In this document: in pieces, positions 37,299-47,686 of the stretch
How the letters are laid out: each line of letters opens with the position of its first letter
Position numbering within the stretch: position 1 is the stretch's first letter
Origin: a virus
IMG/VR virus record: IMGVR_UViG_3300022925_000006
Direction: 5' to 3' (one strand)
Length of the DNA stretch: 64,000 nt
Notes under the pieces: generated by a model
Told to the model about the DNA's origin: nothing
The model's database searches: none
The model's input: the letters and a program-made list of their open reading frames with translations, nothing else
Program-made: the position numbers and the translations under genes

Positions 37299-37487
37299 CT
37301 ATCTACCCTGTTGTTGTTTCATTTTTTCGTTCTCTTCTTTAATATAATCAGTAAGAAGAGAAACATAAACTTCCCTTTCCCACGGTATCATCATTTCTAG
37401 TTCACCTAAACCATAGTGATGATGTTGCATTAACGAAAAATTAGTTTGATAATAATTAATCAAACTATCATGGGAAAGGTTTACTAA
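37299..37487 (-). CDS. gp51: Baseplate hub assembly protein gp51-like (open -1 frame; first ATG at 37430)
   Basis: LSHDSLINYYQTNFSLMQHHHYGLGELEMMIPWEREVYVSLL; absent from ORF track. Confidence 0.8.
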   Translation of the reverse strand, partial: LVNLSHDSLINYYQTNFSLMQHHHYGLGELEMMIPWEREVYVSLLTDYIKEENEKMKQQQGR

Positions 37488-38185
37488 AAAAAATCAGTAA
37501 AGCCTGATAACGTATGTTTATTTTCTGTGCCACATTCGTTACAATCAAACTCAATTTCTTTGGTTAATGTTGGAATAGTCGAAACAAACTCGCTAACTTT
37601 TTTGAACTGGTCACCAGTCATAGAGTCAACAAATTCATATAATTCCTTTTTCGACACATCACTTGCATTCATCTGTTCTTCTTCAGTCATAATACTTTTA
37701 ATACTATAGACAATTAATTCAATCAATTGTTCGGTCTGAGACATACCTTCTTTCATGTTCATAAGAACAGAAGCTGACGGGTATCCCATCTCAATACTAA
37801 TGTCTTCTTGAAGTTCGATGGTCTGTACTGGATTATCCATCTCAATTTCAATGTCATCAATATTAATTGATACTTCGTTTGCAGTCTTACACTCAGAACA
37901 AGAAACGTTTAGATTACTACGTTCTCCGACTGACTTACTACGAAGTTTGGTAAACATATACTCAACATCAAATGTAGTGAGTTCTTGTTTATTAATTTTA
38001 TCGTCAACACACACTTCAATTGTATCAATGATTGCCTTCATCGCTTGAACAGTATCTTGACTCTCAAACGCCATAAGAAGAACCTTCTCTTCTTTTACCA
38101 AGTATGGACGGAATCTTACCGTCTGTTGTTTCGATGGAATTACCATCTCATACTTTGGGTTACTATTTAACTTAGGTAATGCCAT
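37484..38185 (-). CDS. gp26: Baseplate hub assembly chaperone gp26-like
   Basis: MALPKL, FRPYLVKEEKVLL, FDVEYMF..LRSKSVGE, two CxxC, ends GFTDFF. Confidence 0.85.
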   Translation of the reverse strand: MALPKLNSNPKYEMVIPSKQQTVRFRPYLVKEEKVLLMAFESQDTVQAMKAIIDTIEVCVDDKINKQELTTFDVEYMFTKLRSKSVGERSNLNVSCSECKTANEVSINIDDIEIEMDNPVQTIELQEDISIEMGYPSASVLMNMKEGMSQTEQLIELIVYSIKSIMTEEEQMNASDVSKKELYEFVDSMTGDQFKKVSEFVSTIPTLTKEIEFDCNECGTENKHTLSGFTDFF

Positions 38186-38200
38186 TATATTCTCCAAATG

Positions 38201-38902
38201 TTATAAAAATTTCCTAATCAGTTCACCAGCAAGACCTTCAATGAAATCATTTTCTACGCTGTCACCTTTTTTAGACTTCCAGTTCTTGTACGATAATTGT
38301 ACCGACACTTCAAGTAACTGTCCGTCATCACTCAACTCAATTGAATTCAATGTTGTTGGGTATGCCTTATCTAGGACTAAAGTATAAGTGATATCATCAC
38401 CAAATACTGCGTTCAAATCGAACTCACCTTGTGCAAGGTCGAGTGGCCCTAGTCTTGGTAATCTACCCGCAATAGACGAAGGTAATTTACCAGAATCAAA
38501 AATCTTTTTCTTTTTAATCGGAAACGATACACCTTTCTTAATGTGTTGAATAATCACGGGGTGTGTATAATCGTTAAAGTATCCGACTTCCTTGGTCTCT
38601 TGATTGACCGCAAGGTTCTGCCATGTCTCAAAGTATTCTCTTATTTTCATATCATTAAGACAATGGAATGTCAACTGAACATCCTCGACAGCATAACCAT
38701 ATGCAATCTTAGTAGTATCAAGACCCATTTGTTTTTCGGTTGATAGGATTTGTCTGCCAGGCAAAGAGGTTGCTTTACATAACATGTTTAGTGTTCTTGC
38801 ATCACCCCTAATCGGGGGTAGGAAAATCTTGTACAGACTCCCCAGAGCTATACCACCACCAGCACCTACCGCTGATTTGAAATCGTCAATACGAATTGCC
38901 AT
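38201..38902 (-). CDS. Tail tube-fold protein (gp54/gp19-like tube initiator)
   Basis: CKATSLPGR, KIAYG, FETWQN, AYPTTL, VQLSYKNW. Confidence 0.65.
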   Translation of the reverse strand: MAIRIDDFKSAVGAGGGIALGSLYKIFLPPIRGDARTLNMLCKATSLPGRQILSTEKQMGLDTTKIAYGYAVEDVQLTFHCLNDMKIREYFETWQNLAVNQETKEVGYFNDYTHPVIIQHIKKGVSFPIKKKKIFDSGKLPSSIAGRLPRLGPLDLAQGEFDLNAVFGDDITYTLVLDKAYPTTLNSIELSDDGQLLEVSVQLSYKNWKSKKGDSVENDFIEGLAGELIRKFL

Positions 38903-39495
38903 TAGTCTTTACCTATCATCTGCCTTGAATCATAGAACACTTTCTGCGAACTTGCTTTACGGAACTGAGCAGTCGGTAAGAATGTTGCAATCTCCCACTC
39001 TGGAGTAGGGACTTCTGCGAACTTACTCTTTACGTGTTTGTTCAAGTAATGTTTGAAACATGGTTTGTAGTATTTTAGTTTTGCAATACTCTGTAATCTT
39101 TTGTACGTAATATTAAACTTTGCATCGTCAGACTTCTTACTAGATGCAACTTCCATCAATGCGTCCAACATCTTCGCACGAAGGATGGGTGGTAGATAGT
39201 GAAGATTGATTCCATAGAACCCGCCTTCTGCTGGCCCAACCACGATGATTAGTGGAAACGCATCATAGTAGGGAAGCGTGTCTTTATATTTGGGGTCGTA
39301 AAAGAACATCTGCATTGTTCCGACCACACCACTCTTTGCCTTCTGTCGCAATTGTTCTTCTTTCATCAACGCTTCACGGTTGATAGAACGCATGTTAGAT
39401 GCTTTCTTTCTGAACCATTCACGAGATTCCTTGGTACGGGGAGTAACTCCTGCACGGAATGCCTGTAGTTCTAGTCTGTTGAATATATTACTCAT
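38902..39495 (-). CDS. gp2: DNA end protector gp2
   Basis: FFYDPK..TLPYYD.FPL, GINLHYLPP, KHYL. Confidence 0.88.
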   Translation of the reverse strand: MSNIFNRLELQAFRAGVTPRTKESREWFRKKASNMRSINREALMKEEQLRQKAKSGVVGTMQMFFYDPKYKDTLPYYDAFPLIIVVGPAEGGFYGINLHYLPPILRAKMLDALMEVASSKKSDDAKFNITYKRLQSIAKLKYYKPCFKHYLNKHVKSKFAEVPTPEWEIATFLPTAQFRKASSQKVFYDSRQMIGKD

Positions 39496-39499
39496 GTCT

Positions 39500-41194
39500 T
39501 TATTTATACCAATTTATCTTAGATTTTTTATAGTTTTCAATAAAATCATAGTATCGGTCAACATCATCCTGACCTATAATTGGGGGGTTGCCCGAATATA
39601 CATCATTTAAGTCGTATCCTAATACACTGTACCAGTGCATGTGCCAGCCACTTAGACTCTCTGGTCTTCCTAGTTTTTGTATTCTATCAGATTGAAACTT
39701 GGCACTCCATTCTACCATATCAATAAAATCATAATCTCCACTTGGATGTACCCATGTACGTTGCATAGTTTCTTTTGCTCGGTCTTTTAGTTCTTCTTGT
39801 TTCAACCAATCAACATTTTTATTTTCTATCATATCATGTATTGAAACGTTATCTGGTATTATTCGTTTTACTTCCCAATTGGTATAATAATACGATTCAA
39901 CTATCCTATCAATAGGGGTCTTATTTCTCCATGTGTATCCGTACTTTGACGGGTCTTTTTCTATTTCAGATACCGCATCAATACCATCATGACCCACGTG
40001 TTGCGATATGTATAGTCCATGCATTGTTACTTGGTTCTTCCAATACTTGTTCAACCAATCCGCAGTATTGTCAAGAGTCTCAAACGTTTCGTGTGGTAAT
40101 CCCGCAATCATTGATAGTGTTCCATTATAATGATTACCCGATAATACATTTTTTCTAAAGTATTCTTCTCCTGCCAACAGCCCTTCTTGTATTATAAGAG
40201 GGGACATTCCTTTTCTGATTGACTTTGCAGACGCATGATTGAACGACTCAAGTCCCATAGAGTGACTGGTGAATCCCATAGTAATCATATTATCCCAGTC
40301 TTCTCTCGCTCGTTTTACAAACAAGTCTCCTCTAACAAATCCATGAAACTGAGGTTGAAAGGGTAATGTCTTTACAACATTAGCAAACTTCTCAATCTTC
40401 TCTGAACGGTCATTACAAGTCTCATCCGCAAGCACGTAACGAGTCACTCCCCATCTATCGTAGTTTTCTCGCAACTCTTCTTCAAAGTTTATTGCATCTC
40501 TGGTATGGTCTCCCTTGACACCCAGTGGTGCATAGTCACAGAATGTACACTTGAACATACATCCTCGTGATAACTCTATAGTTAACACTTCATTCTTTTG
40601 TATGAAGTCTCTTTCCTCGTATGATGTTCTTGGGTTCTTGTGTGGAAATGCGGGATAGTCTTTGAAACAATCAATGATTTTAAATTTCTTATTGGTCATA
40701 TCAATAAGATTAAATGGGTTGGTCATCTCTTTGACGTTTGGTTCAGATGCATTACCAACAAAGTAATCACACAAAGCAACGATTGCATGTTCTCCATTAC
40801 CTACAGAAAAGTAATCTACATTCTCGTGACGTATAACATTTACAAGTTTATTTGCACCCACGACAATTTTAATCCAAGGGTATTTCTTTTTAATGTATCT
40901 TATAAGCCTGTTGTGTTTTACTACTAACGGTGGTGCAGAAAAAATAGAGTATGTAAAGAACACACTGAATCCTATCCATTTTGTATCATGAGTAACCCGA
41001 CTATCAACAAAATCTTTTAGTTCTTCGTCTGACCACGCATCAACAAAGTCCAAAACTTCAACGTCCCATCCCCTCGCTTCTCTTAAATGTGAAGCAATCC
41101 TGTGTGCTCCTGTTCCACGAACAGGTATATCACGACCACTGTATCCGACTGGATACGTTATATTAGCTCCAGTGATAATTAGTGCGTGATTCAT
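39500..41194 (-). CDS. Cobalamin-binding radical SAM protein
   Basis: N-terminal GAHRIASHLR...IGFS...VVG...GNGE B12-binding-like domain; SRGCMFKCTFC, ADET, MGLES, IAGLPHET. Confidence 0.85.
   Translation of the reverse strand: MNHALIITGANITYPVGYSGRDIPVRGTGAHRIASHLREARGWDVEVLDFVDAWSDEELKDFVDSRVTHDTKWIGFSVFFTYSIFSAPPLVVKHNRLIRYIKKKYPWIKIVVGANKLVNVIRHENVDYFSVGNGEHAIVALCDYFVGNASEPNVKEMTNPFNLIDMTNKKFKIIDCFKDYPAFPHKNPRTSYEERDFIQKNEVLTIELSRGCMFKCTFCDYAPLGVKGDHTRDAINFEEELRENYDRWGVTRYVLADETCNDRSEKIEKFANVVKTLPFQPQFHGFVRGDLFVKRAREDWDNMITMGFTSHSMGLESFNHASAKSIRKGMSPLIIQEGLLAGEEYFRKNVLSGNHYNGTLSMIAGLPHETFETLDNTADWLNKYWKNQVTMHGLYISQHVGHDGIDAVSEIEKDPSKYGYTWRNKTPIDRIVESYYYTNWEVKRIIPDNVSIHDMIENKNVDWLKQEELKDRAKETMQRTWVHPSGDYDFIDMVEWSAKFQSDRIQKLGRPESLSGWHMHWYSVLGYDLNDVYSGNPPIIGQDDVDRYYDFIENYKKSKINWYK
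39501..39508 (-). promoter_or_regulatory. T4-type late promoter
   Basis: TATAAATA just upstream of the gp2 start. Confidence 0.7.
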
Positions 41195-41676
41195 TTTTTA
41201 CGTTTTTGAAAAGGTTTAAGTTTTTTCAGAGGTTTTGTTGATTTGGGAATAAGAGTCTTGAGTGGTTCGTTCTTCTCTGTCCATATAACAAAATGCCATC
41301 CACGGTCTTTCGCAAACTCTTCGGCTGCTTTCCACTTGTTTTGATTCTTAACAAAGGTCATCGCTTCGTTCAAATATCTCTTAGTCTTGTTTCTACCTGT
41401 AGGTGGTTTACGTTCCTTGTCTGGTTTTATCTCGACCAACCAAGTAGACCCATCGTCCATGAGTAGTTTCAAGTCCATAAAATATCTATGATAACGCTTG
41501 TCAACTTCATATAGATATGGTATAATGACTTCTTCGGAAGACCACTTCTTTACCTTGGGATTATCGTCACACCATTTGAAGGCGTGTTTCTCCCATAACG
41601 AACGATAAACTACAGCTGTATAGTCACCATCATACTTCTTAGTATTTTTTACTCGATATCTTCCTGAATATGCCAT
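41191..41676 (-). CDS. gp4: Head completion nuclease gp4
   Basis: YRSLWE, WSSEE, HRYFMD, VEIKP, NKWKAA. Confidence 0.88.
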   Translation of the reverse strand: MAYSGRYRVKNTKKYDGDYTAVVYRSLWEKHAFKWCDDNPKVKKWSSEEVIIPYLYEVDKRYHRYFMDLKLLMDDGSTWLVEIKPDKERKPPTGRNKTKRYLNEAMTFVKNQNKWKAAEEFAKDRGWHFVIWTEKNEPLKTLIPKSTKPLKKLKPFQKRKK

Positions 41677-41684
41677 ACAAACCT

Positions 41685-41717
41685 TATAAATAAAGACAAA
41701 CACTGATTGTATTTATA
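41685..41717. promoter_or_regulatory. Opposed pair of late promoters
   Basis: TATAAATA on + at 41685-41692 (toward gp48) and on - at 41710-41717 (toward gp4). Confidence 0.75.
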
Positions 41718-41728
41718 GGACACAAACA

Positions 41729-42808
41729 ATGGTTGATTCCATAACAAAAGACCAAACCCTTGCTCTCAGACAAATAGCAGAAAATAATGCTGCTCGTTCT
41801 GAAGGTAGGGAACCTAGAAAGGTCACCAGCCCCCCACCCACTCAGGGAGTTGAAGAAGCAAAAGCAGTAAAAAACCTTGAGTATCCGTTAAACAATGCGG
41901 ATGATTATAAAGGCAGACTTGTTTTTAATGTGATGGAGGAAGCTGAGACAGATATCGGTAACGCACTTTCGACAGTTGTTGAGTTTGGTAAAGGATTTGT
42001 CGAACAGATAAAAGATGCCATCGGGTCTGAAAATCCAGCCGAAATACAAGAAGCTGTGACTAAACACAAAGGTGAAGAGTCAAAAACCAAAACCGTCACA
42101 AAACCTAAAGGATTGTCCGAGACGGGTAGACGTGTGTCCTTATATTTACCAGTCGGTCTACAGTATCGTGATAACGTTGCATATGATAATATGGACTTGG
42201 GTGGTATGGGTGCAGCTGCTGAAGCTGGATTGAAGGGCGGTGAAGGCGCAATCAAAGGATTGATGGAGGGTGGATTAAAGACTCTTGGTGCGGGACTAAT
42301 GGGTAGCGCAAACAAAGACGTTGCAAAACTTGCTACCGTAAAAATCATGAGTAATTTCCCAGACGAAGTTTCGGGTGCGTTTAGGTCTGCAACGGGTGTA
42401 ACATCAAACCCCAATACTCGTGTACTATTTAAATCTGTAGGGTTAAGAGAGTTCTCTTTCGCATTTAAGTTTATCTCAACCTCAGCAAAAGAAGCCGAAG
42501 AAATAAAAGAAATTATTAAGTTATTCAGAACAGAACTATATCCAGAGAACATTAATATTCCTATCGGTGATAGTGAAATCTCTATTGGTTATAAGTTTCC
42601 GAATAAGTTTAGAATTGATGTTGAGTATGACGGTAAAGAAATCGCAACCAAAATCAAACCATGTTTCTTGAGAGATGTTGGTGTTACGTATAACAATACT
42701 GCGATGTCTATGCATTCGGATGGTAACTTCCAAGAGATTGAAATGACTCTTGCGTTCCAAGAAACAAGAACACTCAACAGAAAAGATGTTGATGAGGATG
42801 GATTCTAA
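41729..42808 (+). CDS. gp48: Baseplate tail-tube cap gp48-like
   Basis: LYLP, NPNTRVLF...REFSFAF, IIKLFR...YP, LAFQE. Confidence 0.75.
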   Translation: MVDSITKDQTLALRQIAENNAARSEGREPRKVTSPPPTQGVEEAKAVKNLEYPLNNADDYKGRLVFNVMEEAETDIGNALSTVVEFGKGFVEQIKDAIGSENPAEIQEAVTKHKGEESKTKTVTKPKGLSETGRRVSLYLPVGLQYRDNVAYDNMDLGGMGAAAEAGLKGGEGAIKGLMEGGLKTLGAGLMGSANKDVAKLATVKIMSNFPDEVSGAFRSATGVTSNPNTRVLFKSVGLREFSFAFKFISTSAKEAEEIKEIIKLFRTELYPENINIPIGDSEISIGYKFPNKFRIDVEYDGKEIATKIKPCFLRDVGVTYNNTAMSMHSDGNFQEIEMTLAFQETRTLNRKDVDEDGF

Positions 42809-43557
42809 TGACTACAAAATATTTCCGTAACTTCAACACCGTAGCTTATAAGTTTGGTGACAACGAGAAACCAGTCATGTTTGATGACTTGTCTCAGTAT
42901 GTTGATTTAATTGACGGCATAAAGGACAACATTTCTTTTTATAATCCATACACTATTATTTCAGGAGAAAGACCTGATACTCTATCATATAAGTTATATG
43001 GAACAACTGATTACTATTGGACTTTTTATTTGATGAATGATAATATTCGTCAAAACGGATGGCCTATAGACTACACCGAAATTCTATCAACAGCAAAGTC
43101 TAAGTATCCAAACCGAACAGTAACAACGAATTCAGAAATTGCGAAAAACTTTCCTGTCGGGACAACTGTGACGGGTACTGTTAGTGATACGGTAGGAACT
43201 ATCGTTGCAAGACGTTTAGACTTTGGTCAACTGATTATTGATACTGTAGGTGGTAATAACTTTAGTCCTACCGAACAAATAACTTACACATCTCAAGAGG
43301 GTGCATTTTATAGTGCAACACTCATAAAAGAGTCTGAACAATACAATGCAATACATCACTACGAAGATGCTGATGGTGTTTGGCAAGACTTACCATTATT
43401 CGACTTTGGTACTCCAAACCCTACTTGGTTACCTATCACCCATAGAGGCCGAATGGAAATGTCCAACGATGATTTAAAACTAATTACTGTTTTACAAGCA
43501 TCCGTCATTGATAAGGTAGTAGCCGAATTCATCAACTTCCAAAAACAGGCCAGATAA
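42808..43557 (+). CDS. gp53: Baseplate wedge gp53-like
   Basis: YFRNF, GERPDTLSYKLYG...YYW, HHYE. Confidence 0.8.
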   Translation: MTTKYFRNFNTVAYKFGDNEKPVMFDDLSQYVDLIDGIKDNISFYNPYTIISGERPDTLSYKLYGTTDYYWTFYLMNDNIRQNGWPIDYTEILSTAKSKYPNRTVTTNSEIAKNFPVGTTVTGTVSDTVGTIVARRLDFGQLIIDTVGGNNFSPTEQITYTSQEGAFYSATLIKESEQYNAIHHYEDADGVWQDLPLFDFGTPNPTWLPITHRGRMEMSNDDLKLITVLQASVIDKVVAEFINFQKQAR

Positions 43558-44928
43558 ATGGTTGGTTCATCTAAACCATCACAGTCTCAACAGTTTAAGA
43601 TAACTGAAGCGTCTATTAGTTCAGACCGCTTTGGCGGTTTTGAGTCAAACTCCTTTGATGTCAGAACCTCTATTGCGGAGTTTACGGTATTTGAAAGTTT
43701 GGATAAACCTTATCTAACAGGACAGGTTGTTATTCTTGATGACAAAGCATTGTTTGATAGAATCAACTTCCAAGGCACCGAAAGATTCAAAATCACAATG
43801 GCATCCGTAGATAATGATTTAGATACGGTATTTGAACGTATCTTTATTATGACAGGTATTGAACGTTCTGTCAAGTCAAATGATAACGCAAAATCTAGTA
43901 TGTTTGTGTTTACACTCTTGGACGAACATGCGTTTATATCCAGTGTAAAGAAGATTAGTAAATCATTTAATGGTCGTATTGATGAGATTTTGATTCGACT
44001 ACTAGCCACCGAAATGAAACTTGATATCGACCTTTCATATCTATTTTTACCTAATGGGTCGAAGAGTGTGCCTATACAAACTAACTTGAAAGGTATCATT
44101 CCCAATCTAAGTCCTATTGAAGCAATCAAGTGGTTAACCACAAGAGCAACAACAGTCACAGGTTCTCCGTTCTTTGCCTATGCTTCGATGCATGATGACA
44201 ATCTACGTCTCGGTAATCTGGATTCCATGTTATCACAAAAAGCGTTTAACACAATGTTGCCCTATACATATAACCCAGCCAACATTGCCAACGCAGAAAC
44301 ACAAACAGAATTTGAGAAAACGTTTACAATCAAATCACTAACTACCAGTAAACAAGCAAACACTCTGAAACTTATTCAGGAAGGTGCGATTGGTTCTCAA
44401 TTACAAAACACCAATCTAAACACTGGTCAGATATTTTCTGGTCATCATAGTATGAGAAAAACATTAGATAGACTAGAAAAGAATCAAATCATTGGTGACA
44501 GTCAAGCGATATTTGACCCAGAGTTCAAGTTAAACGGAATTCTTTCGGATGAATTTAATTCACATATCTATCACACAGTAACTTCTACTGGAACTTATGG
44601 TAGACATAAGAGTTATCATGACGAATATGACGGAAGTAAATTTAAAAAGAAACTGGAAAGACGTGCAATATTAAATGGTCTGTACAAAAATATGATGAAT
44701 ATTGTGGTAGAAGGGGCTGGTTTTATTGTTTCTAAAGCAAGTGTCGGTGATGTTATAAATCTAAAAGTTGTTAATGACAATGTTGAATCGTCTATAACAG
44801 CTACCGAAGATGACCTAATAGACAAGAACAAATCAGGTGATTTTATCATCTATGACACCAGACATACATTTGCTGGAACACAACATTCGGTCGCATTGAA
44901 TCTGTGTAAGATGGAGAGACTTAAATAA
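43558..44928 (+). CDS. Putative baseplate hub protein (gp27-like position)
   Basis: FESLDKPYLTG, GDFII...RHTF; lies between gp53 and gp5. Confidence 0.5.
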   Translation: MVGSSKPSQSQQFKITEASISSDRFGGFESNSFDVRTSIAEFTVFESLDKPYLTGQVVILDDKALFDRINFQGTERFKITMASVDNDLDTVFERIFIMTGIERSVKSNDNAKSSMFVFTLLDEHAFISSVKKISKSFNGRIDEILIRLLATEMKLDIDLSYLFLPNGSKSVPIQTNLKGIIPNLSPIEAIKWLTTRATTVTGSPFFAYASMHDDNLRLGNLDSMLSQKAFNTMLPYTYNPANIANAETQTEFEKTFTIKSLTTSKQANTLKLIQEGAIGSQLQNTNLNTGQIFSGHHSMRKTLDRLEKNQIIGDSQAIFDPEFKLNGILSDEFNSHIYHTVTSTGTYGRHKSYHDEYDGSKFKKKLERRAILNGLYKNMMNIVVEGAGFIVSKASVGDVINLKVVNDNVESSITATEDDLIDKNKSGDFIIYDTRHTFAGTQHSVALNLCKMERLK

Positions 44929-45785
44929 TGAAACCCATTCTATCAGAGTTCTATGGTGACAATACAAGATGGTTCATTGCAACTGTTATTGACGCATCAC
45001 CCCCATACGGTTATGAGGGTAGAGTGAAGATTCGTGTACACGGATTACATACACCATCGACCAGACTCATCCCACAAGCAGACCTACCTTGGGCGCAATG
45101 TCTCACACCAACTACCGAAGGCGGAATCTCTGGTATCGGTAGAATGCCACAATTACAACCTAATGCATTGGTATTTGGTTTCTTTGTCGATGGCATGAAC
45201 TCACAGACACCTGTTGTATTTGGTTCTCTTCCCCATATAGAGTTCCCAACTACCGTACAAAAAGGTCAGAAGAAAGAGGATGTCGGTCAAGATAATAAAC
45301 CAGAAACCGTTTGGGAGAATCTTGTTGCAGCCGTAAAACCTAAAGATATTGATATTGATAATACAAATTCGGGTAATATCTCTACTTTGGTCAAACAACA
45401 GCGAGAGAAGACCGCAGTACAATTCTTTTTAAATTTGGGATACTCGATAAAACAGTCTATCGGTCTTACTGCTGGACTATCGTATTCTTCGGGAATGCGT
45501 ACTGGTGTCAATACACAATCAAAAGGTCTGGCAAACTTTAACATAACCCGTTATGCTGAACTTCAAAAGTTTTCTCCGAAGTTTGAGAATTTTTTAACAC
45601 AGTTATCATTTATTGCATATGAGTTGAATGGTTCGCAATCTAACGCAAACATTAGATTGTTACAATCAAAACAACTTGAGAATAAAGGCATATGTCACAT
45701 TGTCGGTAAATACTATTTGAATAATGCCGCAACAGTAAAACAAATAGAACTACTCGCAAGACGTATGATGGATAGGATAGTTTAA
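44928..45785 (+). CDS. gp5: gp5 N-terminal OB domain plus degenerate tail-lysozyme domain
   Basis: GRVKIRVHGLH, DLPWA, VFGFFVDG..SQTPVVFG. Confidence 0.75.
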   Translation: MKPILSEFYGDNTRWFIATVIDASPPYGYEGRVKIRVHGLHTPSTRLIPQADLPWAQCLTPTTEGGISGIGRMPQLQPNALVFGFFVDGMNSQTPVVFGSLPHIEFPTTVQKGQKKEDVGQDNKPETVWENLVAAVKPKDIDIDNTNSGNISTLVKQQREKTAVQFFLNLGYSIKQSIGLTAGLSYSSGMRTGVNTQSKGLANFNITRYAELQKFSPKFENFLTQLSFIAYELNGSQSNANIRLLQSKQLENKGICHIVGKYYLNNAATVKQIELLARRMMDRIV

Positions 45786-47686
45786 TGATATTAAAAGATG
45801 ATTTGAATACTAATCTAAAAGCGGAAGCACGAAAGAAGGCTGCCGAGAATAATATATTCAAAGATAAAGCCACAAAGGCAATAGATGAAAAGTTTGTCAA
45901 GACTTCGACCCTAGTCGGTAAAGTTGATGGTGAAGTATTGGGTGGTATTAAGACTATTGGTCAAGTTGCAAGTTCTCCCGAAGAAGCAATTAGTGCTGGT
46001 ATCGGTTTGTTGACAGACAAGATGCCTAGTCTCAGTGGTATTAAGAAACCAAGTATTAATCAGTCTGGAACGACTATCACTTCTTTGACAGGTCTTCCTG
46101 CAATCAAGTGTAACAACCCCAATTCAGGAATGGAAGCTGTATCAGACGGAACACCTCAGAGTATTGCTGAGTGTGCCTCTTTGGTCGAATCTAAAACTGC
46201 CGACTCACTAAAAGAAATATCTGCATTCACCGAGATTATTGAAGCACAAAACGCTACTGGATTGGGTGGTGGTGGTGGATTCTTTGGTGCAATATCTGCC
46301 GCATTATCCGTGTTATCGATTGGTGACCTATTACCAGAAATAGAAGCGCTCGCTCCAATTCGAGAGTTAAATGATAAGGTCAAAGGATTCCAAGATAAAA
46401 TTGAAGCAGGTATAAAAGATTTCGGTAATGAATTGTTCTCTGGACTTGAAGGTGTTGGTGACCAAGTCATAAACGATACTGGCATCAAAGGAATGATTGC
46501 TGACGTAAAACGAATTAAAGCTGAACTGAAGACCTTCCCGTCAGTAAGTAGTGTATTGCCCACTGGATTAAGCGATACTCTTTCTGCTATAAATGACTTC
46601 ACCAAAGAAGTTGATGGTTTTGTTGGTGATTTTGATGAACGAATTGGTGAGGGTTTAGGTGGTGTTCTACAGAATCTAACCGAAGGTATTTCTGGTGCAG
46701 CATCAAGTTATATTGAGAACCTAGTGCCTGGCGGTATTTCTGCTACAGAGAGTGAGAGACGAGCAATTCTAAAAGAATTCTCTTTGGGTAATGACACCGA
46801 TAAAGTCAATGCAGTAAAAACACTGGTTACTAAATCACCCAACGTATCTGAAAAAATGAAATCTGTTTTAGAAGATGCAAGAAGACAACCAACCGCAACA
46901 GACTTGAACAATGCTGTTGTGGATGAAGCACGAAGAAGAGGTATTCCAGAATCAGAGATTGCAGCTGCGTCCGAAGAGCTTGCGACCATTGATGATAGGA
47001 TGAAAAAACTAGATACTACTATTAGTGGTTCTGTTATTATTGATGCTGGTTTATTTGATGAATCTGTACCAGTAGATGAGAATAATCAGAAATGGAGTGG
47101 TCGAAATACTCCCGATGATACATTTACCTATATCGCATCTGTCGAAGAACTTGATGCTGAATTTGCCTCGGTGAAAAGAGATATCACTGAAGTTATTGTT
47201 CATGCAACCGAAACTTATACCAATAAAAATATCGGTTCCATTGAAGTGAATAATATGCAAATTGAATTGGGACAAGACGGTATCGGTTATCATTATGTCA
47301 TTCGTAGAGACGGTAGACTGCAACGTGGTAGACCAGTTAACCGTGTCGGTGAACATGCCGTGGTTAATGGCCATGACGTATATTCTATTGGTATCGCTTT
47401 AGTTGGTGGTCTAAATATATCTGCGGGAGATGATAATCCGACAGATTATAAGTCTTCACAATCATTTACTCGCCAACAGTATACGACACTAGAAAAGTTT
47501 TTGAGAAGTTTCTACCGAAAATATCCAGGCGGACAAGTCTTTGGACATAACGATGTAGATGAAAGTGAACTTGACCCATATTTTGATGTAGTGGACTATG
47601 TTGAATCGGTATTCAGGAAAAAGAATATTCTTACTGAACCATCAACACAAGCGCCATTGAGTCCAGCGGAGATTAATGTAGAATGA
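45785..47686 (+). CDS. Baseplate-associated protein with C-terminal N-acetylmuramoyl-L-alanine amidase
   Basis: VIVHAT, IGYHYVIRRDG, GEHA, SIGIALVGG, GHND...DP. Confidence 0.8.
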   Translation: MILKDDLNTNLKAEARKKAAENNIFKDKATKAIDEKFVKTSTLVGKVDGEVLGGIKTIGQVASSPEEAISAGIGLLTDKMPSLSGIKKPSINQSGTTITSLTGLPAIKCNNPNSGMEAVSDGTPQSIAECASLVESKTADSLKEISAFTEIIEAQNATGLGGGGGFFGAISAALSVLSIGDLLPEIEALAPIRELNDKVKGFQDKIEAGIKDFGNELFSGLEGVGDQVINDTGIKGMIADVKRIKAELKTFPSVSSVLPTGLSDTLSAINDFTKEVDGFVGDFDERIGEGLGGVLQNLTEGISGAASSYIENLVPGGISATESERRAILKEFSLGNDTDKVNAVKTLVTKSPNVSEKMKSVLEDARRQPTATDLNNAVVDEARRRGIPESEIAAASEELATIDDRMKKLDTTISGSVIIDAGLFDESVPVDENNQKWSGRNTPDDTFTYIASVEELDAEFASVKRDITEVIVHATETYTNKNIGSIEVNNMQIELGQDGIGYHYVIRRDGRLQRGRPVNRVGEHAVVNGHDVYSIGIALVGGLNISAGDDNPTDYKSSQSFTRQQYTTLEKFLRSFYRKYPGGQVFGHNDVDESELDPYFDVVDYVESVFRKKNILTEPSTQAPLSPAEINVE

